Shown here: piece by piece, positions 9,258 through 17,109 of the stretch
How positions within the stretch are numbered: the stretch's first letter is position 1
How the letters are laid out: every line of letters begins with the position of its first letter
DNA from: a virus
Taxonomy: Duplodnaviria; Heunggongvirae; Uroviricota; Caudoviricetes
Virus record (IMG/VR): IMGVR_UViG_3300046523_000117
Reading direction: 5' to 3' (one strand)
Length of the DNA: 53,127 nt
Position numbers and translations under genes: made by a program
The notes under the pieces: model-generated
What the model saw: the letters and a program-made list of their open reading frames with translations, nothing else
What the model was told of the DNA's origin: nothing
Database searches by the model: none

Positions 9258-9440
9258 TCAGTCAAAAATATTCAAAATATCTGCAACCGCTTCTAAACCA
9301 TCACCTACCGCATCCAGAACCGACCAGCTACTGCTAGAGGATTGGTGCGATTTGTACGGCTGATACACAGGCTTCGGCGTTTCAGCCTCTTGGATCGGTT
9401 GCATCAAATTCTCATCTGATTCGGTCATGCTTATCCCCAA
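9258..9440 (-). CDS. Hypothetical protein
   Basis: Short ORF overlapping the acb1 stop. Confidence 0.5.
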   Translation of the reverse strand: MGISMTESDENLMQPIQEAETPKPVYQPYKSHQSSSSSWSVLDAVGDGLEAVADILNIFD

Positions 9441-9931
9441 GACAGGTCAAGTGATTCTGAATATTCTGTACTGATCACGATCTTGCGTTCTGATAGGAAC
9501 GATACCGGTCCAAGCTGGATCGGGAAATCGCCAATATCATAGGACAAGGTGATGTGTGGAATGAAGCTAGGATGATCCCACGTTCCGTTGTGAATTTCCA
9601 TCAGATCAGCATGTCGAGCCGATAGAAAGTCGCAATCGTATTTCAGGACCAAAGCGTTCTTACCGCTCTGGGTCTTGAACACAGTCAATTCGAACTGATT
9701 GGTGTTAGATGTCGGAGCAACCGGATATTCCCCGAACGGAACATAATTTGGAAGCGGTCTGCGACTGAATAGAAGCGTGCTATGGAATTTCTGAGCATCA
9801 AGAGGATTTGGGATCATCAACGTTTCTTGTAGAAGCCGTAGATCCCGGATCGTGTACTGGTCAAAATGAACCCCAGCATACGTTCCGTGAACCCCTTCGA
9901 TTAAGAAGGGGAGCATTTCAATAAAATTCAA
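9431..9931 (-). CDS. acb1: 2H-phosphoesterase, anti-CBASS nuclease Acb1 / gp57B homolog
   Basis: Two HxT motifs (FHSTLLFSR, PHITLSYD) and GTYAG N-terminus as in T4 gp57B; located beside tRNA cluster as in T4. Confidence 0.85.
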   Translation of the reverse strand: MNFIEMLPFLIEGVHGTYAGVHFDQYTIRDLRLLQETLMIPNPLDAQKFHSTLLFSRRPLPNYVPFGEYPVAPTSNTNQFELTVFKTQSGKNALVLKYDCDFLSARHADLMEIHNGTWDHPSFIPHITLSYDIGDFPIQLGPVSFLSERKIVISTEYSESLDLSWG

Positions 9932-10816
9932 TTATTTTACCCTGCCAACCCATCGCCCTTCCGAATCCATCACAAGCGGTTCGAGAACTGGCATTGAGTT
10001 AATGATTAAACCAGTACCGATAATTGGTCGCTGGATGTTGACGTTGTTGTAGCTGAAAGCCAATGAATCATCATCGACCAGACAACCTACCTGTAAGCCC
10101 CAGTAGAGCCCTGTAGAGTTACCCCAGTACCCAACACTGAAACTGTTGTGATAATGGCCCTGAACAGCGCACATGCCCATTTGCTGGCTTAGCTGGACAA
10201 CGCTTGAGGATTTCCCGTGGTGGAAATAACAGTTCTGGCCGTTTGGTAGTTTGACGGTTAGATCAAAAGACCATTTCCAGCTTGGACCGACGCCCAGCAC
10301 TTCGTTATAGGATTTGATGTAATGCTTAGGGATTCCGTTCGTCTTCGCCTTACGCCACACCAAGGAACCGTGATTGGATTCGATGATGTCCATCTTAGGG
10401 AACATTTGATACAACTTGGCAATCACTTCCTGACTCTTTTTCAGTTCATCACCGGCAGACATCAGGTCTGGGTCATGATCGTGGAAGCTCAGTGCGTGCT
10501 TGTCTAATTCATCCCCGGTACAGATTACGCGAGTCGGCTTGTATTTCTTTTTCAGATATGCAAGGAACTCAAGAGTATCCGGGTGCTGATATGGGATGTG
10601 CATATCAGAAATGATCAAAATACGATCATTGTTTTCCGTTTCGGCATCTAGCTTGCGGATTGCAAACGATGCTTTAGCTGTAGTTGGCTTACCGAATTCA
10701 GCACGTAGGAAATCAGAAACTGTAGACTTTGGCTGTCCAACGGTTTCGGAAATACTGCGCCACGAATAGTTTTGTTTAGCCAGTTCAACAGCCTTCGATT
10801 TCCATTCAACCATCAT
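9932..10816 (-). CDS. HTH + calcineurin-like metallophosphoesterase
   Basis: N-terminal HTH (SWRSISETVGQPKSTVSD); DMH, GDELD, SNH, HHG, GHYH motifs. Confidence 0.85.
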   Translation of the reverse strand: MMVEWKSKAVELAKQNYSWRSISETVGQPKSTVSDFLRAEFGKPTTAKASFAIRKLDAETENNDRILIISDMHIPYQHPDTLEFLAYLKKKYKPTRVICTGDELDKHALSFHDHDPDLMSAGDELKKSQEVIAKLYQMFPKMDIIESNHGSLVWRKAKTNGIPKHYIKSYNEVLGVGPSWKWSFDLTVKLPNGQNCYFHHGKSSSVVQLSQQMGMCAVQGHYHNSFSVGYWGNSTGLYWGLQVGCLVDDDSLAFSYNNVNIQRPIIGTGLIINSMPVLEPLVMDSEGRWVGRVK

Positions 10817-10851
10817 TGTCTCACTAGTGGGTTATATTGATTATTTACCGC

Positions 10852-10881
10852 AATAAAAAAGGGAGCCGATTGGCTCCCTTT
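10852..10881 (-). terminator. Rho-independent terminator
   Basis: GGGAGCC-AATC-GGCTCCC followed by T run. Confidence 0.85.
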
Positions 10882-10895
10882 AATTGGATGATCTA

Positions 10896-11309
10896 TTATG
10901 ATCGTGCGATAGACGCGGCAAGTGCCCTGTCAAACTGTCCCGGATAGTTGCTACCCAGAAATTGCATCACGGCTGGAACGCCGGATAGTTCGTTTTTGGC
11001 GATGATTTCTCGAAGTTGGTCTTCGGAAAGCTGTTTTGGCAACAGGGTTTCGAGGATTTCGTTTTCTTCGATAAGTGCCGGGTACAGGCGATGTTTCAGA
11101 GTATCGTTGTTGGATTGGATCAATTTCTTGACCATCGCAATGGTATCGGTATCTGTGAACTCTCTAGACTGGCTACGGGCCTTTTCAGACGCCTTGTCTA
11201 GTTCACCTATCAGTACACCCAGTACAGTAGCTGCGACGGTGTTCTTGGCCTTGCGGGCATCAAGTCTCATACGCTTCACGGTATCGTAAAGTGTTTCGCT
11301 CATTATCAA
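10896..11309 (-). CDS. GatB/YqeY domain protein
   Basis: EnEILETLLPKQLSEDQL...VMQFL...PGQFD typical YqeY. Confidence 0.85.
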   Translation of the reverse strand: MIMSETLYDTVKRMRLDARKAKNTVAATVLGVLIGELDKASEKARSQSREFTDTDTIAMVKKLIQSNNDTLKHRLYPALIEENEILETLLPKQLSEDQLREIIAKNELSGVPAVMQFLGSNYPGQFDRALAASIARS

Positions 11310-11324
11310 ATTCTCATTAATTGA

Positions 11325-12038
11325 TCAAAAGTCGTGCGCGATTTCCAGTTTGTGGAAAATGGCACGGCTGCCCTCGTCGGGCGTGGTTGTTTCGGTTGGG
11401 TCTTCTTGGTTGTAAACACCAGCTTTCATGTACAGTTCGCGAACTGCCCAGCTAGGTTCAAACGCCAAGTCGAGTTTTCCATCACGGCGTAGACCGGTTT
11501 GATCGGTATAGCTCGCATTGAAAATAACTTTCCCGGATTTGGTTACGTGGATAACGAATGTGAATCGAGCCCCAACAGGGATATCTTTCAGCAAAACGTA
11601 ATCTACAGGATTCGGTTGATCAAAAGCTTTACGGAATCCAACAGTCAGTTGACCAATGCCGTCTTCTGCTTTATCAAAAGACAGTTTGACAGGCGGTCGG
11701 GTTGAATCCTTAACGTGGATTTGACCGATAACTGTTTCGCCACCCAATGGAACTTGAACAACCGTCATTGCAACACGTAGCCAATGGTCAGTGAACGCCG
11801 GGTATTTCCAATTGTATGTGGAACCGGTTTCCGTTACTTCACGTAGTTCTGTACGGGTACGACTGGTTGACTTGGTTGATGCGCCCTTGGTCGGTGCCCA
11901 AATACGGATGTCACCATTTGATTCAACGGTGAAGTAATCGTTCTGGGGGAAATTGCCCGGTGCATATGTAATGCAATCATCACTACCGGGGAATTTTGGT
12001 TCGGGTGTAGTGAGATTAAGCAAATTCAACAGGATCAT
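11325..12038 (-). CDS. Polysaccharide lyase family 7 (alginate lyase)
   Basis: PL7 motifs RTELRE, QIH, Y(M)KAGVYNQ. Confidence 0.9.
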   Translation of the reverse strand: MILLNLLNLTTPEPKFPGSDDCITYAPGNFPQNDYFTVESNGDIRIWAPTKGASTKSTSRTRTELREVTETGSTYNWKYPAFTDHWLRVAMTVVQVPLGGETVIGQIHVKDSTRPPVKLSFDKAEDGIGQLTVGFRKAFDQPNPVDYVLLKDIPVGARFTFVIHVTKSGKVIFNASYTDQTGLRRDGKLDLAFEPSWAVRELYMKAGVYNQEDPTETTTPDEGSRAIFHKLEIAHDF

Positions 12039-12053
12039 TAGTAAAACCTAAAG

Positions 12054-12132
12054 TGGTAGCGGGGACACGATTCGAACGTGTGATTTCTTGGTTATGAGCC
12101 AAGTGAGATAGGCCAGACTTCTCCACCCCGCG
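12054..12132 (-). tRNA. tRNA-Met(CAU), initiator-like
   Basis: CGCGGGG 5' end with C1 mismatch, loop CU-CAU-AA, CCA. Confidence 0.88.
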
Positions 12133-12139
12133 ATAAAAT

Positions 12140-12215
12140 TGGTGTTCCCAGTCGGTTACGATCCGACTACCTCCGGCTTGTAAGGCCAGCGCTCTCCCGA
12201 TTGAGCTACAGGAAC
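12140..12215 (-). tRNA. tRNA-Val(UAC)
   Basis: Cloverleaf, loop CU-UAC-AA. Confidence 0.92.
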
Positions 12216-12220
12216 TTTAA

Positions 12221-12278
12221 CAGGTTACAGTTTGGTTTCTATTCGTAGGAGAAATTTTGGACTGCTGTTTTGTAACCT
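12221..12278 (-). ncRNA. Y-RNA-like RNA 3 (ACAGCA family, short)
   Basis: AGGUUAC/GUAACCU helix + ACAGCA; single hairpin UUUCU-C-CUACGAA-U-AGAAA. Confidence 0.7.
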
Positions 12279-12282
12279 AAAT

Positions 12283-12359
12283 TGGCAGGGGTAACAGGAT
12301 TTGAACCTGTGATTTCGACTTCAAAGGACGACGTGATTACCGGGCTTCACTATACCCCA
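12283..12359 (-). tRNA. tRNA-Gln(UUG)
   Basis: UGGGGUA 5' end, loop CU-UUG-AA, CCA. Confidence 0.9.
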
Positions 12360-12489
12360 ACTTAATTGATTAGCCGCTGCCTAATCTAATACTACTTGTT
12401 CTTTACGAACTGGCCGTATCTGCGCTACGCGGGTCCACTTGGATTTTAACCCAGCTTCATGTTTAAAGTGGTTGGAACTCATGCAACCA

Positions 12490-12771
12490 CTAATCGATCT
12501 TGACGTAATTCGGGATGTCCTGAATGTACTTCTTGATCAGAATCTTTGCGTGGCTTTTAATCGCACCGGCAAGTGCGAACCGATATTCGGCATCCAATTC
12601 TTTTTCCAGAAGGTCGGCTTTCACAAACTTAACTTCTAGTGGTGTTTTCACGCCCTTACGAACAATGAAGTCACCGAAAAATCTTGCATCACTGATAGTG
12701 CCCTTCATGACAAAATGGGCAACGCCCGTTCTATGCCACTGGACCTTAACAGTCTTTACATCAAATAACAT
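12490..12771 (-). CDS. Hypothetical protein
   Basis: ORF coupled to upstream ORF; ends in TAG. Confidence 0.65.
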   Translation of the reverse strand: MLFDVKTVKVQWHRTGVAHFVMKGTISDARFFGDFIVRKGVKTPLEVKFVKADLLEKELDAEYRFALAGAIKSHAKILIKKYIQDIPNYVKID

Positions 12772-12986
12772 TACGAGTCAAAACTACACGAACCTGAATC
12801 GGTACTTGAAGCCGGGGAGTCATTTCCACCACAACCAGTATCGGGCGTGTTGTAATATTGAGTCGATTCGAAAAAACCATCCGTTGCAAAAGGAGTTGAC
12901 GGCGACGACGAACCTTGTTGACGACGGCGTTTAGCTTCTTGTTCACGTTTAGCACGTTCTCTCAGTTCTTGAACTGTAGGCATCAC
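12771..12986 (-). CDS. Hypothetical protein with low-complexity S/G/D tail
   Basis: ORF with AGGT RBS. Confidence 0.6.
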   Translation of the reverse strand: MMPTVQELRERAKREQEAKRRRQQGSSSPSTPFATDGFFESTQYYNTPDTGCGGNDSPASSTDSGSCSFDS

Positions 12987-13008
12987 AATTACCTGTTTGA
13001 TTAAATTT

Positions 13009-13093
13009 TGGCGGATACAGTAGGTATCGATCCCAAACCCGTAGAGTCCAAACGCTTAGCAAGCGCCGCTGTCACCTTGACAGATCAGTATCC
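13009..13093 (-). tRNA. tRNA-Ser(GCU)
   Basis: Loop UU-GCU-AA, long variable arm, G73, CCA. Confidence 0.8.
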
Positions 13094-13284
13094 AATTCGT
13101 TTAAAGCCATTCTCACACAATCCTGACAACGATAAATTGCCATTGTGGCTAGGTCGCTGTTCAACATTGGGTCATGATTCCCTAGAATCACTTGATACTC
13201 TTTCAATTTCTCGACAGACATTTTCAAGTAATCACTTGCATGGACATCTTTCAATTCCCATGCAAGTTGATCAGAGTACATCAA
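13072..13284 (-). CDS. Hypothetical protein
   Basis: ORF in tight operon; 3' end overlaps tRNA-Ser. Confidence 0.55.
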   Translation of the reverse strand: MMYSDQLAWELKDVHASDYLKMSVEKLKEYQVILGNHDPMLNSDLATMAIYRCQDCVRMALNELDTDLSR

Positions 13285-13550
13285 TCTGTCAATTCATCGG
13301 TGAAATGAACAAGGTCTGTTGCGTCGATGTAATCCAGATTCTTCTGGGTCAATACACCGCCACGGCAGATCAATTCAATACCGTATTTTTCTTTCAGTTC
13401 TTTACCGGCAGCGATGGCTCGCTCTAAAGCTTCCATACGCTCTCTACGGCGTTGTTCGTGTTGCTCTGGGGTAAAGCTATCGTTATAAGCTTTGATCTTC
13501 CCAGAACACAAGTGCAGCTCTGTGTGTCCACAATGAATGCATTGCATCAT
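13281..13550 (-). CDS. Hypothetical protein (N-terminal CxxC)
   Basis: ORF in tight operon. Confidence 0.6.
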   Translation of the reverse strand: MMQCIHCGHTELHLCSGKIKAYNDSFTPEQHEQRRRERMEALERAIAAGKELKEKYGIELICRGGVLTQKNLDYIDATDLVHFTDELTD

Positions 13551-13729
13551 TACTGTTTCTCACTACGTCGATACAAATTCCGAACTTTTAAAAATGCCTC
13601 GGCATATTGAAACGCAATATCAGCCGCCACATTCGGATCTTTATTAGAATCCGGTGTGGATAACCTAGCTGTGAAAACCTGCAACGCAATAGTTTCTTTA
13701 AGAGAAAGAAGTTTGATAACAGTAGACAT
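13550..13729 (-). CDS. Hypothetical 59-aa protein (not in ORF track)
   Basis: Manual translation MSTVIKLLSLKETIALQVF...RRSEKQ*; GAGA RBS, stop overlaps next start. Confidence 0.6.
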   Translation of the reverse strand: MSTVIKLLSLKETIALQVFTARLSTPDSNKDPNVAADIAFQYAEAFLKVRNLYRRSEKQ

Positions 13730-13745
13730 ATATTCTCACAAGTAA

Positions 13746-13870
13746 TGGGCTTTGCTGCGGAGTCGAACCGCATTGTATCTAAGTGTCTGGGCCACATTAT
13801 CCCAGCTTTTAGGGAAGCTATCCCAGACGGCACATAAGCACATCAAACAATACAAGTCCACTCACAAAGC
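13746..13870 (-). ncRNA. tRNA-like RNA with tmRNA-like ends (no D stem, long insert replacing anticodon arm)
   Basis: GCUUUG/CAAAGC-CCA acceptor-like stem, T arm GCGGUUCGACUCCGC, UUGUAU/AUACAA helix enclosing an ~80-nt structured insert. Confidence 0.7.
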
Positions 13871-13880
13871 ATAATCAAAA

Positions 13881-13983
13881 TTAGATCCACCCAGACTGAA
13901 TTAACCCGCGTTCCAGTAGGTGATACAGAACCATATTGCTATGGTCAGCGGCCCTCGTTACTGTAACCAACCTGTGAATCTAA
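13881..13983 (-). ncRNA. Candidate structured RNA
   Basis: Terminal helix UUAGAUUCAC/GUGGAUCUAA enclosing internal hairpins; no ORF; flanked by tRNA-type genes. Confidence 0.5.
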
Positions 13984-13988
13984 AAATT

Positions 13989-14064
13989 TGGTGCAGATAT
14001 CGGGGATCGAACCCGATTCGTCCGGTTGAAAGCCGGGTGTTCTAACCATGTAAACTATATCTGC
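13989..14064 (-). tRNA. tRNA-Glu(UUC)
   Basis: Cloverleaf, loop CU-UUC-AA. Confidence 0.92.
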
Positions 14065-14068
14065 AAAG

Positions 14069-14181
14069 CTGGCTGCATAAACTGTAGTCACCAGACCAGA
14101 GTTAGGATTCTCTGCCGGGGATCGAACCCGGTGATTTTCGTCAAAAGGAAAGTTTAGTTTAATGGGTTGCTGTTAGCAGCC
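14069..14181 (-). ncRNA. Y-RNA-like RNA 4 (ACAGCA family) with T arm
   Basis: GGCUGC/GCAGCC helix + ACAGCA; internal T arm CCGGGUUCGAUCCCCGG followed by closed CAGAG/CUCUG hairpin. Confidence 0.75.
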
Positions 14182-14192
14182 GTTCCTGTTTT

Positions 14193-14277
14193 TGGTGCCC
14201 CCTGAGAGACTCGAACTCTCACGCCCGAAGGCGCCGGAACCTAAATCCGGTGCGTCTACCAATTCCGCCAAAGGGGC
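14193..14277 (-). tRNA. tRNA-Leu(UAG)
   Basis: Canonical class II cloverleaf, loop UU-UAG-GU. Confidence 0.95.
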
Positions 14278-14299
14278 ATATCTTGTTGCGTATGTCTTT

Positions 14300-14331
14300 A
14301 TTCTACACCATTCGGAACACAATCTAAACAC
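14300..14331 (-). promoter_or_regulatory. Phage sigma70-type promoter
   Basis: GTGTTTAGA-N17-TAGAAT. Confidence 0.7.
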
Positions 14332-14347
14332 TTTCAAAACATATATT

Positions 14348-14421
14348 TGGTGGACCGTGCCAGAGTCAAACTGGCCCTTCCTACGTGCAAGGCAGGCGAA
14401 CTATCGAAATTCTTACAGCCC
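14348..14421 (-). tRNA. tRNA-Ala(UGC)
   Basis: G3:U70 pair, loop CU-UGC-AC, divergent D arm. Confidence 0.85.
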
Positions 14422-14476
14422 GAAGGTTCCAACGTAACAAAGAACAAGTCTAAGCCAGTGGATGGAACTCGATTAT

Positions 14477-14551
14477 TGGTGGTTCTGCCCGGTTACGATC
14501 CGGGGATCTGTCCTTATGAGGGACTTGGTTTACCAACTAGCCTACAGAACC
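14477..14551 (-). tRNA. tRNA(CAU), Met or Ile2
   Basis: Cloverleaf, loop CU-CAU-AA. Confidence 0.85.
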
Positions 14552-14617
14552 AAATCGCGGTAACGACATTCTTTCGCTACGATGCACCAACCACGCCGCT
14601 GTTCCGTGGTTTGAATT

Positions 14618-14691
14618 TGGTCCCTATAAGAAGAATTGAACTTCTATCTTTCGGTTATCAGCCGAGTGCATTACCACTATGCTATATAGGG
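14618..14691 (-). tRNA. tRNA-Ile(GAU)
   Basis: Cloverleaf, loop CU-GAU-AA. Confidence 0.9.
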
Positions 14692-14696
14692 ATTTA

Positions 14697-14858
14697 TCAT
14701 TTAAATCTTTCGGTTTGTTCAACCCTGAGTTTGGCGAGATACTTTCGATAGAACGAACAGATTGCTAAAGCCATCGGATCATCCGACAGTTGCCGCGTTC
14801 TAACTTCGTGTTCTAATCGTTGACATTTAGCCAACAGTTTCTTCGAACCCTTACTCAT
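14697..14858 (-). CDS. Small basic hypothetical protein
   Basis: MSKGSKKLLAK...; AAGG RBS; fills the gap between tRNAs. Confidence 0.55.
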   Translation of the reverse strand: MSKGSKKLLAKCQRLEHEVRTRQLSDDPMALAICSFYRKYLAKLRVEQTERFK

Positions 14859-14875
14859 GGTCAAATACCTTAAAT

Positions 14876-14951
14876 TGGTCACTCTACACAGATTCGAACT
14901 GTGTCTTCATCGTCCCAAACGACGTGTGCTACCGTTGAACACTATAGAGAG
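14876..14951 (-). tRNA. tRNA-Pro(UGG)
   Basis: C1:G72, loop UU-UGG-GA. Confidence 0.9.
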
Positions 14952-14959
14952 AAAATAGA

Positions 14960-15112
14960 CAGGATGGCACCCTTAAACTTTTGTATCTGAGGTCAATTTC
15001 CGATACGCACACAGTTATTACCCACTGTTCGGTCTAGAATTCCGTCTAGTCGGTACATCTGGAGCCCTATTGGGCGATCAGTATGGTTTGAGGTTTTGCT
15101 GTATTCCATCCT
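14960..15112 (-). ncRNA. Y-RNA-like RNA 5 (ACAGCA family) with non-tRNA multi-hairpin cargo
   Basis: AGGAUGG/CCAUCCU helix + ACAGCA; internal hairpins GCCC/GGGC, CUAGA/UCUAG, ACAGU/ACUGU. Confidence 0.72.
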
Positions 15113-15174
15113 AAATTTTGTAGGGTTAGATAGTCCCTACTTGACACGACACTGGGGAGTGGCTGTGTTCTGTA

Positions 15175-15462
15175 TCACTTGATATTGGATAGCAAGTGAT
15201 TTAATTCTGCTTGTTCTTGAGCAATGGCACGTTTGACATTGTTGTCATAACGGGTTTGCATCTTTTCTGGAGTCATCAACTCCATATGGATTACATCAAA
15301 TGTTGGTCGAATCTTCGACTTCATGATGATAGTTCCATCAGGCTTCATGAGTTTCCGGCATGTAAACGTACCGGGTTTGCTGCCAGCGGCTTCAACGACA
15401 AAGAATCCGTTGCGGTCGCCCCAATGTTGGTTACAGTAAACAACGTTTCCAATCTGTATCAT
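15175..15462 (-). CDS. Hypothetical protein (SH3-like start)
   Basis: ORF in operon. Confidence 0.65.
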   Translation of the reverse strand: MIQIGNVVYCNQHWGDRNGFFVVEAAGSKPGTFTCRKLMKPDGTIIMKSKIRPTFDVIHMELMTPEKMQTRYDNNVKRAIAQEQAELNHLLSNIK

Positions 15463-15466
15463 CTAT

Positions 15467-15805
15467 TTAGCGCCTACGATTTGAGAGCAAATGTTCACGA
15501 ATTCGATCTGCCAGTGAGACAGCTTCTTCATGAACCTTGTGAATTGCGCTTTGATCTAGAACAGAACAATAACAACGGTTGATTGTAATAGACGCTGCTT
15601 TCTTGGTTCCCACGTTGACTAGAAGCCCATAACGGTCAACAAGTCGTTTGTATGACACAAGATCACTAGTTGCAATTGTTTCAGTCACCACACCATAACC
15701 TGTGTATCGCTTTCCAGCAGACTCACGGATATGGATAATATCACCAACTTCGATTGGAACTTTCATTAAATTCTCACAAGTTAATTGAATCACCGGGTCA
15801 GTCAC
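15467..15805 (-). CDS. Hypothetical protein
   Basis: ORF in operon; start uncertain. Confidence 0.6.
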   Translation of the reverse strand: MTDPVIQLTCENLMKVPIEVGDIIHIRESAGKRYTGYGVVTETIATSDLVSYKRLVDRYGLLVNVGTKKAASITINRCYCSVLDQSAIHKVHEEAVSLADRIREHLLSNRRR

Positions 15806-16050
15806 GCAACACCCTTTCGGGCACCCAATCTTTCAGGGCTTTACCGGTTAGCTGATTTTAGGGCTTTCGCCTTCGATTCAAATTTAGTATGTCCCGCAGG
15901 GTATTTGCCGGGTTATTATTCCCCACGATTACGACGCCATGACCAAGTTACCAACCTTGGCTTAACCGCTCGGTTGACCTCCCCACTACCTTTGATGCGG
16001 AATAGGCTGGATCGCCCTGTTTACGCATTTAAAGCCGTGGTGGCCTGAAC
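15805..16050 (-). ncRNA. Candidate ~245-nt structured RNA
   Basis: No credible minus-strand ORF; GGC-GAAA-GCC and CCC-GAAA-GGG tetraloop hairpins, GCCAAG/CUUGGU stem; directly after tRNA-Thr CCA. Confidence 0.55.
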
Positions 16051-16055
16051 ATATT

Positions 16056-16131
16056 TGGTGCCGGAAACAGGACTCGAACCCGCAACATCCTGATTACAAA
16101 ACAGGCGCTCTACCATTGGAGCTATTCCGGC
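16056..16131 (-). tRNA. tRNA-Thr(UGU)
   Basis: Cloverleaf, loop UU-UGU-AA. Confidence 0.93.
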
Positions 16132-16475
16132 AATTTATACTCTTGTCTCATTACAAAACGATTCATCAACGCATTCGCTAATGGATCATTGAGTAAATTT
16201 GTAAACAAATCTGATGCCATCGGTTGAACCGATAGAAGTTCTCTTGCAAGTTGTTCCATGTCCGGCATATCAACAACCACTTTGACTGCATAACAGCAAC
16301 CACGATGTTTGTGATACAACATCCGAAAACAACCAGACTTCCATTCCAGAGGCTTTCGATTTTGAAAGAACGGCTTATTCAGCTTGTTCCACCAAATCTT
16401 ATCGACTCCGAAGTGCATCAGAGCGGCCACATAAAACCGCTCTGGGATTTGTTCATGCGTCAGCATTGACTTCAA
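16122..16475 (-). CDS. Hypothetical protein
   Basis: ORF; TAG stop lies inside the 5' end of tRNA-Thr. Confidence 0.6.
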   Translation of the reverse strand: MKSMLTHEQIPERFYVAALMHFGVDKIWWNKLNKPFFQNRKPLEWKSGCFRMLYHKHRGCCYAVKVVVDMPDMEQLARELLSVQPMASDLFTNLLNDPLANALMNRFVMRQEYKLPE

Positions 16476-16653
16476 CCAAACGAGTTACCGGATATCGTTC
16501 CCGGCTATTGATATGGTCACCACATTTGGTGCAGATATGGACATACTTAGGCGGATAAGACATCAACGCCTCGCCAGTGGGTTTGAATTCACCACCGCAT
16601 TTGCAGTCCGCATACACCAGATGCGTTTCAACTTTTACGCTACGTTCGATCAT
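16453..16653 (-). CDS. Small zinc-ribbon protein
   Basis: CKCGG...CTKCG; start placed at MIERS downstream of promoter. Confidence 0.65.
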   Translation of the reverse strand: MIERSVKVETHLVYADCKCGGEFKPTGEALMSYPPKYVHICTKCGDHINSRERYPVTRLVEVNADA

Positions 16654-16681
16654 GTTGCTTACTCTGTTGAGGTTTGAATTA

Positions 16682-16713
16682 ATTCTAACACACTCGAAAC
16701 AGAATCTAAACAC
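16682..16713 (-). promoter_or_regulatory. Phage sigma70-type promoter
   Basis: GTGTTTAGA-N17-TAGAAT. Confidence 0.7.
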
Positions 16714-16728
16714 AATCAAAACAAAATA

Positions 16729-16821
16729 TCTGTAATGCGCTTTAACCAGCGTAAGCTAATGGCCCTGTTAGATAGGCGGGCCGTCCGAATCAAGGGAGTT
16801 GAACCCAAGTTCTCATTACAA
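16729..16821 (-). ncRNA. Circularly permuted tRNA-like element
   Basis: UUUGUAAUG/CAUUACAGA closing helix; T loop GGGUUCAACUCCC, then GGCCC/GGGCC hairpin, then D arm UAGCUUACGCUGGUUAAAGC. Confidence 0.6.
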
Positions 16822-16834
16822 AATTCATCAAATT

Positions 16835-17031
16835 TGGTCGTGGGGGCTGGACTCGAACCAACGACCTTCGGCTTAGTTGCCGATGCTCTTAAAAACCACC
16901 ATCGCTGCAAAGCTTACGCAAGATAGCTAATCCCCGTCCACATTCCAGCCACAGAGGCTCCTAGCGTCTAATCCCCGGTGCGCTCTCCGGCTTTCAACAT
17001 TCGGAATTTAATCCAACTGAGCTACCCCACG
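16835..17031 (-). ncRNA. tRNA-like RNA with ~120-nt insertion in the D loop and 6-nt anticodon loop
   Basis: CGUGGGG/CCCCACG-ACCA acceptor, D stem GCUC/GAGC split by insert (~16891-17009), anticodon arm UCGGC-AACUAA-GCCGA, canonical T arm. Confidence 0.75.
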
Positions 17032-17109
17032 TTGATTTTGGTTTTCGCCTTTACGGTAGACGGGGAACCATCGCGATCCCATAACCGATTAATACGTTTA
17101 CATCAAATT

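Noticed and set aside
14192-14751. Plus-strand ORFs such as MVPPERLELSRPKAPEPKSGASTNSA
   Set aside because: Typical spurious translations of tRNA antisense strands
16891-17009. Group I intron in tRNA
   Set aside because: Too short, wrong position (D loop), and no recognisable P7 core or terminal G context
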